A stretch of DNA of 59,587 nucleotides, the filler included, from Basidioascus undulatus (lineage: Eukaryota): the NCBI GenBank assembly GCA_000826855.1. It is 4 parts of 4 records of this genome, joined end to end, with 100 filler letters (N's around TTAATTAATTAA, not from the genome) between each part and the next. Parts side by side here need not be neighbours in the genome. Positions count along the whole stretch, not along the records: positions 9,236 to 20,948 come from JTLS01001298.1; positions 21,049 to 30,170 come from JTLS01001299.1; 2 more parts are not named here. One strand, 5' to 3'. The translations under genes were made by a program, and so were the position numbers. Every line of letters starts with the position of its first letter. Within the stretch, counting starts at the first letter, position 1. The notes under the pieces were generated by a model, which had not been told where the DNA came from, made no database searches, and worked only from the letters and a program-made list of their open reading frames with translations. Below, piece by piece: positions 12,338 through 25,198 of this stretch.

Positions 12338-13834
12338 TCAGTACCCCTTCTCAAGGTCCACGAGGTTGACAAGCTTCTCGCCTTTCCGGAGCCGCTCCAC
12401 GTTCAGCGCGAGGATGTCCACGGCGATACCCCTCTCGCCCTCGGCATTTCCTGATAGATGATGCGTGATAATAACGCGGGGATGAGTGAAAAGCGGGTGC
12501 TCGTTGGGCAGCGGCTCCGGGTCGGTCACGTCCAACGCCGCGCCGTACAGTCCGCCCGGACGGTTGAGCGTAGTGAGGAGGTCCTCTGTTGAAACACCTG
12601 CTGCATTGAGTTGAAGTCATGGCTTTTAGGATTAGCTAAGTCACTCACCGGACTTGACCAGGTCCCCGCGTCCCACGTTGACGAAGACCGCGTTGTCCGG
12701 CAACCAGCCTGCACAATTGTTTAGAAAGCTGGTCTCTAACGGTTGAAGGCAGAAACGGGCTTACTGAGCTTTTCGGCGTCGAGCATGTACTTAGTCGCGC
12801 TCGTCGATGGAAGGCTCGCAATGAGAATGTCAGTGCGACTAAGGAAGGCCTTGAGAGACTCGGCGTCGCTGGTCGAGTAGAACTCCGAGGGTATCGACGC
12901 TGGAGATAGACATTGAGATTGAGTATAAGATAATAATCCATAGAGCATAACAGCAAACGCACCGTCACGGTCACCGGTACCCGGGATAATGTACTGGCCA
13001 ACACAGCGGGGAAGCGTGTGGTGAGCGCTCATTGGACCGCAATCGGACATTTAACAGACGACTCACGCCCACGTCTAGTTTCCGTGTGCCGCTCGAGTTA
13101 GCCGCAATGATTGTGACTCCAAAGACCTGGAACAGCCTCGCAGTCTCCCGAGCGAGCTAGTTCGAGCACGTCAGCCTGTATGCGAAGGAAGGGCTCAAAG
13201 AGAGCTCTTACGTGGCCATATCCCTGTCCATTGCGTCAGTACAGCATACATGGCTTCTATGGTAGCGAGATACGCACAAGCAATGCAACCGTCTTCCCCC
13301 GGATGGACCGAACATAGTAGGCATCCTCGTCCAGGCCCGGTATCTCAGTTCCTTTGGCCCATCGGGCCTCGTTCTGGTCAGGCGAAGCGTCAATGTTTTA
13401 TTCTCGGCTAAATTAGCAGGAATACCTACTTGAGCAATCAGTACTTGTTGCTGGAGCTGATGGTATAGCGCCAGAGTCGCCATAAGGCAGTGCGGAGGAA
13501 TCGACAGCACATGAGTGCCGCTCGCAGAGCCGAGCGACACGTCGTGGCGGCCGTGCGCGAGCGCGTCGAGAAACGCGGGCGATTGCACCGCTTTGTCTGC
13601 CCCAGCGCTCAGGAGCTGCACGTGCGCGAGATTAGGGGTCTTCGAAAACGAATCGATGGAGCGGGGAACGCCGAGCCAGGACGTGAACAAGACGTCCACC
13701 TCGGCCAGCGCTGCATCGGGCACATTGCCGTCAGGATGGTAGTGCACAGTCGGGACAAGCTTTTTGAGTCGATCGAGTAGCGAGTCAGCCAGCGTGGTCG
13801 TGACAACGAGCGTATTGACGGTGTGAGCGGGCAT
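12338..13834 (-). CDS. D-isomer-specific 2-hydroxyacid dehydrogenase (NAD-binding), copy A
   Basis: HVQLLSAGAD, TVALL-GYGH-LARE Rossmann motif, VFVNVGRG, AALDVTDPEPL..HPLFTHPRVIITHHLSG, NLVDLEKGY*. Confidence 0.92.
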
Positions 13835-14358
13835 CGTGGGGATGTTGGAGGTCGTGAGTCAAGAGGGACCGCGGACAAAACGCAACGCGACTCGGACGCG
13901 TGGCAGGCTCGGCTAATATCCGATGTCATGCAGGAGCGTTAGCCGCGGTTTCCCGTTGCAATCGGCTACCTTTACAGTCGCCTGTCCCGCTCTTCGGCAT
14001 GAGTTTGAGCACGGAAGTAATGGGAGAGTGAGTGTTTGGTTGAAAGCAAACTCAAGAGCGAAAGCGAGGCAGCTGTAGAGTCCGGCTCCCCTGTAGCGGC
14101 GAGGCCGTTCTTTCTAAAAGCTGCTCTCCCCAAACTGCACTGAACATATCGCAAACTTCTTGATACAATGAAGTGCCAAGGCGTTGTCTTTTCCCAGAGC
14201 GGTACTCTCCAATCGGAACCTCAGCCAGACCCGTAAGCTGGGGTCGCAAGAAGACCTCTGCTCAGAATGCTCCGCAAACAAACACGTGCAGCCAAATATC
14301 CGCTTCAGCATTGAACTCATACAAGCGTAAAGATTTCAGGAGTTCGACAAGCCAACCC

Positions 14359-15851
14359 TCAATATCCCTTCTTAATGTCAACCACATTGACCAGCTTCTC
14401 GCCCTTCCGCAGCCGCTCGACATTGTGCAAGAGAATGTCAGTGGCCAGGTCCATCTCCCCTTCGGCGTTCCCTGACAGATGGTGTGTGATGATGACTCGA
14501 GGGTGGGTGAAGAGTGGGTGTCCGGTAGGTAAAGGCTCCGGGTCTGTCACGTCCAGTGCTGCTCCGAACAGACCATTCGGGCGATCGAGCGCGGTGAGGA
14601 GGTCATCTGGGAGAGATGTGAGAGAGAAGTCCTGATACCTATTTTCAGTTGTATAAAGCAAAAATAGCCTCACCCCATTTGAAAAGGTCCCCACGTCCCA
14701 CGTTGATAAGGATGGCACTGTGTGGCAGCCAGCCTGCAGATCCGGCGGTGAGTTATGTTGCAATTATTGATAATAATGGAGATTATATACCAAGCCTCTC
14801 GCGATCAAGCAGGTATCTAGTCTCCTTTGTTGAGGGAAGGCTTGCAACGAGTATATCAGCCCGGCTCAGGAAAGCCTTGAAAGACTTGACGTCGCTCGTG
14901 GAGTAGAACGTAGAGGGTATCGACGCTTAGATATGAGACAAACATTCAGCAAGCCTTCATAGTGTAGTTTGGATTTTAAGGGTTAAATAACATCAGGGTC
15001 ACCAGTTCCGGTCATGATGTACTGGTAATCCAAAGTAAGAAATCAGACGCCAAAAACGCTGGAGCAAACGTCTCACGCCCTCGCCTTTCTTCCTCGTACC
15101 GCTGGAGTTGGCAGCAATGATCGTCACTCCGAAGGGTTGCATCAGTCGCGCAGCCTCTCTAGCGATCTAAGCCAGACCTGTCAGATGGGTGCCTATTTAG
15201 CTTCAAGGACGGCCCGCGTACGTGGCCATATCCCTGGGTGTTTGGTACGAGTCAGTTAAAATTGTATCGAAGACGGCGTATTCTGGCTCACAAGCAATCC
15301 AACGGTCTTCCCTCTCATTGAACGTGCAAAGTAACGCTTCCCGTCTTCATTCACTTCAGTCTCCCCTGCCCAACGGACCTCGTTCTGCAGTGCAGTCGAG
15401 CGCAGTGTCAGCATTCGGAGCACGTCTACGTAAGGAGATGACACACCCGAGCAATTAGAATTTGCTTTGGGAGCTGGTGGTACAGTGCCAGTATTGTCAT
15501 GACGACGTAAGGCGGTACCGACAACACATGCAGACCGCTCGCAGATGCCAACGAAACGTCGCAGTGACCCTTCGCGAGCGCATCAAGGAACGCGGGGCCC
15601 TTGACCGCCTTGTCCGCCCCCGCCCCAGGGAGCTGGACTAACGCAAGGCTTGGAGTCTTCGAAAAGGAGTCCATGGAATGGGGAAGACCATCCCACGAGG
15701 TGAAGAAGACGTCGACCTCCCCGAGAACGGCTTCGGGCACGTTTCCGTCGGGGTGGTAATGCATGGTCGGGAATACGCTCTTGAGCCGCTTGAGGGTAGT
15801 CTTAGGAAGGGGAAGCGTGACGACTAGGGTGCTGAGAGAGTTGGGGTGCAT
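14359..15851 (-). CDS. D-isomer-specific 2-hydroxyacid dehydrogenase, copy B (tandem paralog; one splice junction appears 1 nt out of frame)
   Basis: Same exon layout as copy A: TVGLL-GYGH-IARE, ILINVGRG, AALDVTDPEPLPTGHPLFTHPRVIITHHLSG, NVVDIKKGY*. Confidence 0.88.
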
Positions 15852-16353
15852 GATCGTGGTTGCGGAGAAGGAGCGAAGAACGAGGAAAGCGGTCGACTTG
15901 GCCAGAGACACCAGCCGTGCTTATGTTTCGACGTCCCGCGGCAAGCGTTATGACCCGAGTTGAGCCGAAAGTATCACTACGTGAAAGGGAACTAGGATCG
16001 TTTGAGATTTCCGCTTAAGTCCAGCAAGTAAGACTTTGCTGCATGGAGAAAGCATGCGGTGAGCTGCGGTGTTAATAACTGATTAACAGGCCAAGGACTC
16101 AGTGGAGGGAAGGAGGCAGTTTGAACGTTTGCGAACCGAATGGGAAGTGCATGCATGGGTTTTCCGTTTCTCATTCACGACAGCCATCAAAACCTACCAT
16201 GGCCAGCCCGCAATACGTGCAGTGCGCCGGGTGGTATATGGTTCCCAATACCTCCCCTGACGAGAAAATCACACGCGAGGTCATCAACTTGCAGCACAAA
16301 TTAAACTTCAACGATCAGGTATCGCGCGATACAACCAAGGCACGCCGTTCGCA

Positions 16354-18159
16354 CTACACCAATAAGCCCAGCATCTTCTCCGGTTGCTCGACGTATCCCT
16401 TCCAAGTCTCAACGAACGCAGCCAACCTGTCCAGCACCAAGCGCACGTTAGTGATACTCGTCTAAGCGGACAGCAGGAGAGAACACAACGTACTCAGCGC
16501 CCTCCACGACCCTGTGGTCCGCGCTCCAGCTAACAGGGAGCATCAACCTAGGCACGAGCCTGCCCGGCTCATCCAGGTCGCCCACGCCCTTCCCGCCGCG
16601 CGCGCCCGGCAGCTGGCTCTCATACCTTGACATAAGGCGCGCCCTCCCCACCGCGCCGATAGCGAGCTGACCTGTGGGTGGCAAGAGCGGGTGCGCGTGC
16701 GTGCCGCCTCCAACAGACCCGATATTGCTGAGCGTGACCGTCCCGCCTTTGCGCGGGAGGTCTTCAGGCGTGAGTTTCCCCTCCTTCGCGCGCGCCTGGA
16801 GCTGGGCCAGGCGGAGGGCGATGTCGAATACCGTGAGGGTGTCGAGGGACCGCAGGGTCGGGACGACGAGCCCGGATGTGGGAGTGGAGAGCGCGATGGA
16901 GAGGTCGTGTGAGGTGCGCTGGAGGAGGGTGGGAGAGGCAGAGGGGCTGGTCGAGAGAGTCGAGAGGAAGCGGGGGTGCTGTCGCAGGGCGAGGGAGAGG
17001 GATTTGAGCAGGAAAGGGAGGAGAGTGAGGCGCTTGAGCGAGGAGTGCGTGGAAGGGATGGACGCGGAGAGGGATACGCGGAGACGCTCGAGAGCGGTCA
17101 CGTCTAGCTCGTCGCCGTATCTATTGACCCTCCCAGTCTCAGTATCATAGCAAACAAGAGTATGGTGAACGTCCGAAATGAATACGCACCCGAAATGCGG
17201 TATCGCCAGCGTAGCCTCCATCGCTTTCCACATCTGCCTGCGCACCGGGCCGAGCTCCACCACCGTCTCCTGCTCAACACTCTGAGCCACCCCAGCAGAG
17301 ACATCCGACGGCCGAGGCGCCCGCGCGTACGCCTCGACGTCCTCCTTCCGGATGCGGCCGTCCGGCGCGGACGGGCGCACGAGCGCGAGGTCGACGTTAA
17401 GCTCGCGCGCCACGCGTCTCGTCGCCGGGGTGGCGAGGACAGCTCCATTACCTGCTGCTTTCGAGGGTCGTGTTGGAGGGGGGGCGGTGGGGGCAGAAGA
17501 AGGCCGGTCAGGATCGAGCGGGTGGTGCCTACGTTCCGGCTTGGGCGGCGCTGGCACTGCCGGCTCCGGCTCCCCCTGCTTCGCCTTCTCCACCTCGCCT
17601 GTCTTCTCCGCCTCCTTGACCTCCTCCGCTCGCGCCTCCGTGACCTTCTCGCCCACGCCTTTGGCCCCGAGCTCCTCGTCGCTCACGTCGATCTCGCACA
17701 GCGGCTTGCCGACCTTCGCGACGTCGCCGGTCGCGTAGTACAGCTTGGTGAGCGTGCCCGTGAAGCGGCTGCTGATCTCCACTGTCGCTTTGTCCGACTG
17801 CACCTCCGCGAGCGGGTCGAACTCGGACACGGCATCGCCCTCCTTGACGAGCCTGTGGGAGGATGGTTCAGTTCAGTGAGAAGGGCGGGGTGGGGAAGCA
17901 GACGCACCAGCGGATGATCTCGACTTCGGATATTCCCTCCCCAATGTCCGCCAGCAAAAATCTGCATATCCTCCTGAAGTTGAGCACTAGGTAGTGCAGA
18001 GGAGATGGGAAAGGAGATTACGCACGGCGTCTTCTTGCCCGCCCATGCCGTCGCCTTGAACGTCCTCATCCACACCGCCGCTCCCGCCGCTCCCGCCGCT
18101 CCCACCTGAGCAGACTTCAACCTACGCCGTTTCACGCCGTTTGAAAGTACTCGTAGCAT
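16354..18159 (-). CDS. DBT: Dihydrolipoamide branched-chain acyltransferase (E2 of branched-chain ketoacid dehydrogenase), mitochondrial
   Basis: Arg-rich presequence; FLLADIGEGISEVEIIRW and lipoyl motif EVQSDKA; E3-binding LATPATRRVARE; IPHFGY; SNIGSVGG; catalytic WSADHRVVEG. Confidence 0.95.
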
Positions 18160-18897
18160 GGAGGTGTGCATTTCGAAGTAAAAGCGGTTGTTGGTGAGGA
18201 AAGAAGCACCTTCCTTCTTCGTGACTCGACTGGTCGCTCGGCGCACGTGAGTTTGATTCTTGCCGGCTTACCGTCCCGGGCCGAGCGTCGAAACGCAGCC
18301 TCCCCGCATGATCTCGCTTCGAGCGGAAGGTCGGTGCAGCACATCGGCTGCAGTTGGCTNAAAAAAAAAAAAAAAAAAAAAAAAACCAAGGAGATCAGTG
18401 AGTGCTGCACAGTCTGCTTCACCTTCTTATCGGTAGTACGCCAAGTTGCGTCATGAACAAACCGACAGAGATTCCCACGTCGCGACGCTTGACTTTCAGG
18501 CTTCGTGCACGACAGTCGGGGGTTCCCAGACGCACAAGAGGGAGAAGTAAGAATTTGATAGCACCAAAGATCCACGTGTATACACCTGAAGTTGGGATGG
18601 AAAGAGGTCACAGGCTGCTCTAGTGCGGGTGCCAAAGGCATCAACCGGTGGATGTCGTGGTGAGCACCGCCTGCATCGTACCTTTTTAGCTGTGAGGAAC
18701 AGGACATAGATCCAAAGATAAAAATTACAATCCCTTCATCTGAATTCGGAAATTACTACGTGGAGAAGGTTGCACGTCCAACGGAATGTCCTCCGGAACA
18801 CAACTTCGAAGAGGACTTGACAGTTGGAGAAACACAGGAGGACTTACAGCTGCGTGACGCCTAAAGATCCATGATGGGAACAACAGTAGTATTTCTC

Positions 18898-21530
18898 CTA
18901 GATAGTATTGATAGAGCAGGAAGTAGGCCTTGAGTCCCTGTATCGGCAAGTACGTCCTATGAGAAGAAAAGGCACCCGCACGACGGCGTCCCCGGTGAGG
19001 AGGTCGTCGAGCCCCTCAAGGTTCTCGTCCTCCTCGAGCGTGTCCCGAGGGAGGAGACTGTGGGGCCACAGGCTGGATGCGGTCTGCTCGTGCTCGACAG
19101 CGGCGACAAACGCAAGGAGATCGTCGACTTGCTGCGGCGTCGCGTGGCAGCGCAGGACGGGGCGGAGGAGGAAGTGGTCGACGGGAGAACAACAAGTACC
19201 GCCCAGCTTGGAGAGGGCCTGTAGAAGAGGGCGGCCAGGTTTGTCAGACTGAGTGCTCGGGTAGGGAATGTGGGCAAGCTGCGAGTAAGACGTAGGGCGT
19301 TGCGCTCTGCAAAGACGTCGGCCGCCAGGGCATCGGACGAAATGGAGGACTTGATTCAAGAGGAAGCGAAGGGGAAGAGGGTGGTGGGGGTTCGCTTGAG
19401 CGTGGTGAAGATCATCGTAGACGTTGAGTCGAGCGAGAAGGCGAGGAAGGGATTTGGCAGGGTTGGAAAACTCGGTAGCGAATGGGGGAACGGAGAGGAG
19501 TGAGGAAAAAGAGAAGAACCTGACATGTCAAGGCTTTATACCTTCGACAACTCAATCGTGGAGAAAGCGATAAGCAGTCAGTCGGCGGAGGACACGCGTC
19601 GGAGGCACTGGCAGGGTCGCAGGGGCAAGGGACAGCGCCAGCGGAGGCGGATGGCGATTCGAACTGGTCGAGGAAGGCGCTTTCCTTTGGAAGGAGGAAT
19701 TTGGGTCTTGAATCTTAAATATTGGAATGCTTGAGTTTTGATCCGGAAGATCAGCATAGAAAATCCGCCGAGCCTGTTGCGGCGACTCGGTATGGTCATG
19801 GCAGGCCTGCTTCGAGCAGTCTGAGGCCACTCGCTGGACAATTGTGAACAGGGAACTTCGGAAATAAAATCGGTATATAAACCCTCTTGATTGGAAAGCA
19901 TGACCCCGCTTGGAAATCACTGAGAGCCTGCGAAGGGATCAAGCTATTGCTACAACGAAACAAACTTCACGAATGTGTCCATGATGAACAGGACTGTTTC
20001 CCAAACCCATCTTCGACCATAAGCTCACTTCAAACCCTTTCCACCGCCGTTCGAAACCAGTCCCACCAGTCCCCCGACACCACGGGCGGTATTTGCGGGA
20101 AGCAGCCGCTGGGAGGTACGGGATACGGTGTCGCCGTGCAGACTTCTCCGGCGGTGAGGATGATCAACGCCGCCCCCGCCACTCCCCCATCTAAGGCTGG
20201 GTTGTTCCTCATGGTCAGTAACAGGCACGAAGCCTGACCCCTTCTATCGCAAGAACCACCCCGCACTCACTAGCCTTGTGCGCTTCCTTCAGCTGCACAC
20301 AAGCGGCCGGCTCTTGTTTGCCAAATACCCCCAGGTCCAGCTCGATGACCCCCAGGGGTACAATATCGTAGTAGGAAAGGCTGAGCGAGGCGAGTCGGCT
20401 TGTGGACGAGCGCTTTCCCGTCAAGAACCACGCGTGGCTTGAGGCGCAATAAATCGTAAGTTGTAGCTGCATGACAGGTTATGGCTGTGTATCTGTGTGC
20501 TTGGTTCCGCCGCAGAGATTTCGCGAAACACAACGAAACAGCTTGCGATGGTGGGCACTGCGGAACTGGAACTGAGGACAGGGTTGTGAAATGAGATTTG
20601 ACACTTTCGTGGATTCGAAACAATGCGAAGCCTGACTCCTTTTGTTATCTCGTCGAGCCTGTTCAGTGCCCGGCGGAAATTCACCGCTGCGATGCCGCAG
20701 CGTGGGCTGAAGGTAATCCTCCGAACCAGGCACACTGTCCAGTGTCCCACGAACCGATAAGCAGCTCCCGTAGTAACAAAGCATGAGAACCAATCCACTA
20801 TCCCTTACACCCATCTTCCCACCTCCGTTCCTCTCAGTAGGATGTGGTGCGAAACCGTGGGGAACCCTGTCACCGTGCACCCCGTGCAAACAGCACGGTA
20901 CGACGGGTCCTTGCCCACCGTCTTGTCGTCGCCGCCGATGAATCCGACNNNNNNNNNNNNNNNNNNNNNNNNNNNNNNNNNNNNNNNNNNNNTTAATTAA
21001 TTAANNNNNNNNNNNNNNNNNNNNNNNNNNNNNNNNNNNNNNNNNNNNAGTCTCTTCTGCTGCCATTCACACCCAATCATCTGCATCCTGGGCACTCCCC
21101 TCCAGGCGCAGGAGCACCACCGCCGCCGTCGAGGCTCGGAAGCCGTCTCGCCACGTTAATCATCCCCCCAGCCACGCCACTCGTCCCGCACACTCACCTG
21201 TACGATATCACGCCTTTCCCAACACCAGAGCAGCCCAGCCTCGGCAGAAGTGGCGGCGGGTGGGCGGGGCGGCAGAGGAGGGAAGGGGTCGGTCAGGCGC
21301 CTCGGCGCTTCTCTCACGGTCGAACGAGACTGGGGGAAGCGCGGGTAAGTTACCGGCGTAGGGTGTGGGGTTGCGTTATCTAGAAGCGCGTCGGCGTCGT
21401 TGGCGATAGCGACGGTGGGGATCTCGCATTTGACGGCGCGCAGGACGCTCGCCCAGGGTTTCCGGCCCGGGGGCGGTAACCGTAAGTCCTGCCCGGCCCA
21501 GTTGGCTTCCCACTTCGCCCAGTTGGCCAT
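18898..21530 (-). pseudogene. Region of coding-like, partly disrupted minus-strand fragments spanning gap 2 (one or two hypothetical genes or relics)
   Basis: Protein-like segments (MANWAKWEANW..WCWERRDIVQ; AAVVLLRLEGSAQDADDW; VGFIGGDDK..HILLRGTEVGRW; YRFVGHWTV; VDDLLAFVAAVEHE..LEGLDDLL) with donor-like sites but no clean continuous model. Confidence 0.3.
20949..21048. other. Artificial contig spacer N44-TTAATTAATTAA-N44
   Basis: Same 100-bp spacer as at 9136. Confidence 0.97.
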
Positions 21531-23613
21531 GTCTGCACTACTTGGCAAACAATGTCCAAGAGGTCTTTCGCTCCTAGCAAGTCTCTGGAACTGGCCGGGG
21601 AGTGTCCTAAACATGGTGAATGTCAACACCTTGGTTGAATTTTCCTTCGTGTGACGGGTGTCGGACGCGGACACGGATATGTATCGCTGGAGGCTGCATT
21701 GGGCACGATGCAAGTTGCGAAGAGCTCTGAACGACTGTTGGATCTTGGAGTGTGGAGTAGTTCTAAGCGGAATAAGTAATTCTAAGAGAAAGGGTGAGGC
21801 CTTACTGGTTCCTGGGTGTCGAATGCGGAAACACTACTGTGGCAAGTCGAAGGTTGAGGGCGATCGTCAGTAGCGCAGCGCCGGATGGGTCGCCCGACCG
21901 TCCAACATCCATCACAAGAGTGTAGGCGTTCATATATAGCTGTGAACCGTGCATATATGTGACACCTCAAGGACATTAGCGGTTGGGCGTCGAGTTCAGT
22001 CGCAGATTTGTTGCTTTGCAATGTTCCAGATTTGTAGAAATCTGCGTATCGTCAAGGAGATGAAATGCGGGGCTCGTTGATCCATCCCGTTCGGGCTGTG
22101 CAGTACCGAGTAATGCGCGACGCAGCGAGCGCCCCGCATTGTATTTTTCTGGTACTTCTGAGCTATATTAGTATGGAGAAATTAAAGGAGTTCGGAGAGA
22201 GTCCCTCGGCGGCTCGCGAGCTCTTTAAGGCAGGCCTGGCTGCATCCGTAGCGATTGGCACACTGCTGAACCCCTGGTTGCTTCTTAGCTAGTTTGTCTG
22301 CAAGTCTGAGAATGCCAAAACCTACAGCGTCCCAGGAAAGAAATTATTCCTAGGAAGACAGGGGGTATACCAAACATAGTCAACCGCTGCTTGCCAAAGC
22401 GCAGAAGGATGGCCCCGGTTCTTTCGAATGACATCCTCGGCGCCCATCGGAGTGGGCTGTATTTAATGTAACTGAATTTCACCTAGAGAAATTGGGGTTT
22501 CTTTTATTCGGATGCACTCTTTTATGGGCGGATATTTATGACGGTATGTGAACAAGTCGACAAGATCTGTTCGCTCTTCTCACTCGAGTCGGCCCTAAAA
22601 GAAATTCCTTTCTCAGCTATCGGTCTCTCTACACATACTGTTCACGTTATGGTCGTATTTGTGGAAAGGCAATAAGGCTTCCTCCCGGTCCAGCAGTCGA
22701 CAGGGCGTTTCCGCTTCCAACGAACAATCCGGGACCTGCAAGAAACCCAGCTCAGCTTACCCTACTCCCGATGAAAGAGCAAGGCGACTCACCGATGATC
22801 CCCCCAATCGAGATCATCGTCAGATGCCGAGTCTTCAGCTTCCGATGCAGCGGAGCGAAGTCGTCCCCTTCCCGCCTCACGTCCCGCTCGCTAGCCTCAG
22901 TGACCACCTAATTGTCCTTGCCGTACGACTGAGGGCGAGTTAGTATCTATTGGTCCGCCATCATGCGAGTCGGGTGAAGCAGGTTGTGCGAGGGATGGAT
23001 CAGGACGCGTCCGAGGAGTAGGAGTTCTTCTGCACTTTATCGCGTGCTTGTAGTCCAGTTCCTGGACCCTGATTCGAGCCTCACGGAAGACACCGCAAGG
23101 ATCATTGTTTGTAGGGAAGGGCAAGCGTGATTGATGCACAAAATGGTGCGATCTGAAAACGTCCACGTGACCCGTTCAGATGATGAGGCGTTGTGACAGT
23201 GGGCGTTGAAGGTGACAGCGCTTTTCATTTTTCACAGAGGATTGGTGCAGTCGGGAAGCCGGTTTTTTATATTCTAAACATTCCTCATTCCTCTCAGGTC
23301 TGGATAGTACTCGAGAAGAGAAGGTAAGAGGCCTCCGAGAAAGCCACGTGCGCAAGGCTCGGAGGGCCGAGGGTAGGCCTGGATTGCAAAGCGGACGCCG
23401 TTCAAAGGTTTTGATCAGCTCAAGTATAGGCGATGGAAGTAAGAGACTCTGAAAATATTCCTCGTGGAGAGACAGTAGTATGGTAGAAGGTGGTAAGAAG
23501 GTTGCACGTCGCGTTGCGGCTCGAAGGTCGACCGTCACGCAGGCTACGTCTCTACATCTCGGGGCTAATAGAATGAATACCTTTCCTCAATCTTATAGGA
23601 GCTTCCAGATTCT

Positions 23614-24770
23614 TCAATCAAACTCTCTCAGGCCTGAGGTCAAAGACTGGTGAGCTGGAAAAGCCTGCCCCGGAGCACAGGATGCAGCGCAGCTCGCACG
23701 CGCCTGGAAAGTTACAGAGCGGGTAGACCGAAAGCATAGACCAGACGGGTTCGGTCCGACAGAGGGTATACCATATGCTCCCAACATGTAGCCGAAGGAA
23801 GAACGCCTCATCAACCCTCCAACACTTGGAGAAAACAGCGACCTTTTCACTCTGACGTAGCCAACGTCTCCCCCGAGAGTGAGCGCCCTCCTCCAGAATG
23901 CACTCCAAAGTTGTGGAAGAAAATACCCACGTAATCTGAACCCGATCGAACTGGCAATCCGCACTGGTAGCTCGCGCCTGAGGTCGCCGCCGCGCTTGCC
24001 GTAGTCGACCCACGCGCTGCGGAGGACGGAGGTGTGGGCGGAGGCGAGAGCCAGAAGGTGGGCCTCTGTAAGGGGAAAGTGGTTCGTTGAAGTGAATAGT
24101 GAAGGAAAAGAGAACAAGTGTAGACGCACCGGACATGCGCTTGAGTGCTGCGATCGTGGGCGGGAGGGCAGGGTAGTCCGGCTCGGGGTTGCGAAGCGGG
24201 GTTGGCCATTGGATCTGGGCACAATAACTACTGTCAGTTGGGATCCTGTTGTCAGTGAACGTGCGGAGAGCATAGCGGAAATTCACCCGCGCCTGGTCCG
24301 CTTGCACCGTAAAAGCCCCGTTCGCCCGTCTGATAATCTCGCGCTGTTCCCTATCCACACACCCCACCCACGCATAAGCCCCCTCTCAACCAGAAAGATT
24401 AAAAACGAACTCACAGCTCTCTCAGCCCATCCATGATCTCCCTCACCCGTTCCTCGCATCCCCTCACGCCATCTTCAAACCTCCCCACCCCGGCGTTCAA
24501 GCTCTTTAGCACTCCCAGTGCCTCCCGCTGCACCTTCAGCGACTCCTCGTGCTGCTTCGCGAGCTGCGCTGCGAGCGTGTTCACCGCTGCCGTGAGGCCC
24601 TCGAGCGAGGGCGGCGAGAGACCCAGCGCCGAGTTGAGCGCTGCTAGGGCCGAGGCAGCGGCGGCTGGGTCGATGGGCGGTGCAGCGGTGGCGGTGGTCG
24701 GGGTTGAGGAGGAGGAGCGGATGCTGGGGCTTGGGGTGGGGGGAAGGGTGAAAGAGGGCGAGCGGGACAT
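23614..24770 (-). CDS. Hypothetical coiled-coil protein with Mug135-like (DUF1773-type) C-terminal region; 3' end uncertain
   Basis: Pro/Ser-rich N-terminus, heptad region (LTAAVNTLAAQLAKQHEE..VREIMDGLREL), then PTPLRNPEPDYPALPPTIAALKRMS..HLLALASAH..RIASSIG; family assignment from pattern memory only. Confidence 0.5.
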
Positions 24771-25198
24771 GCTGGTGGCGATAGTGGTAGTAGATCGGAG
24801 AGAGCGAAGCATGCAAGCGGGTTGAGAATCGACATCACGGATGGACAGAGTTCAAAGAAGGTGTTGATGGAAGGAATGCGTTTGAGCGCCACGATGAAGT
24901 ATGGCAGGGCTCGACGCAGCGGAGAAGGGGCACTGCCGCCGTTTCGAAAACATCCTGGCAGGTCGATATTGCGCAAATCCTTTGCAGTGCGGCATACTCG
25001 CAATGGCCAAGCAGCAGCACACTTAAACCTTTTAGAGGGCGGTAAAGACAGAGAATATGGGATTGTATGTAGGTTTTTCGCTCGCAGTCTCAGAGCAAGT
25101 CTCAATGCACAGCGCTCTGACGAGGCAGTGGTGTTGCTTTTGCCCAGCGCACATCCACGTCCTTGTAGGAGGCAGACTGAACACGGCAGTGCATGGTG

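Noticed and set aside
18360..18385. Poly(A) tract upstream of DBT as a retroelement tail
   Set aside because: No target-site duplication or element body; it is more simply a promoter poly(dA:dT) tract, and it includes an ambiguous base.
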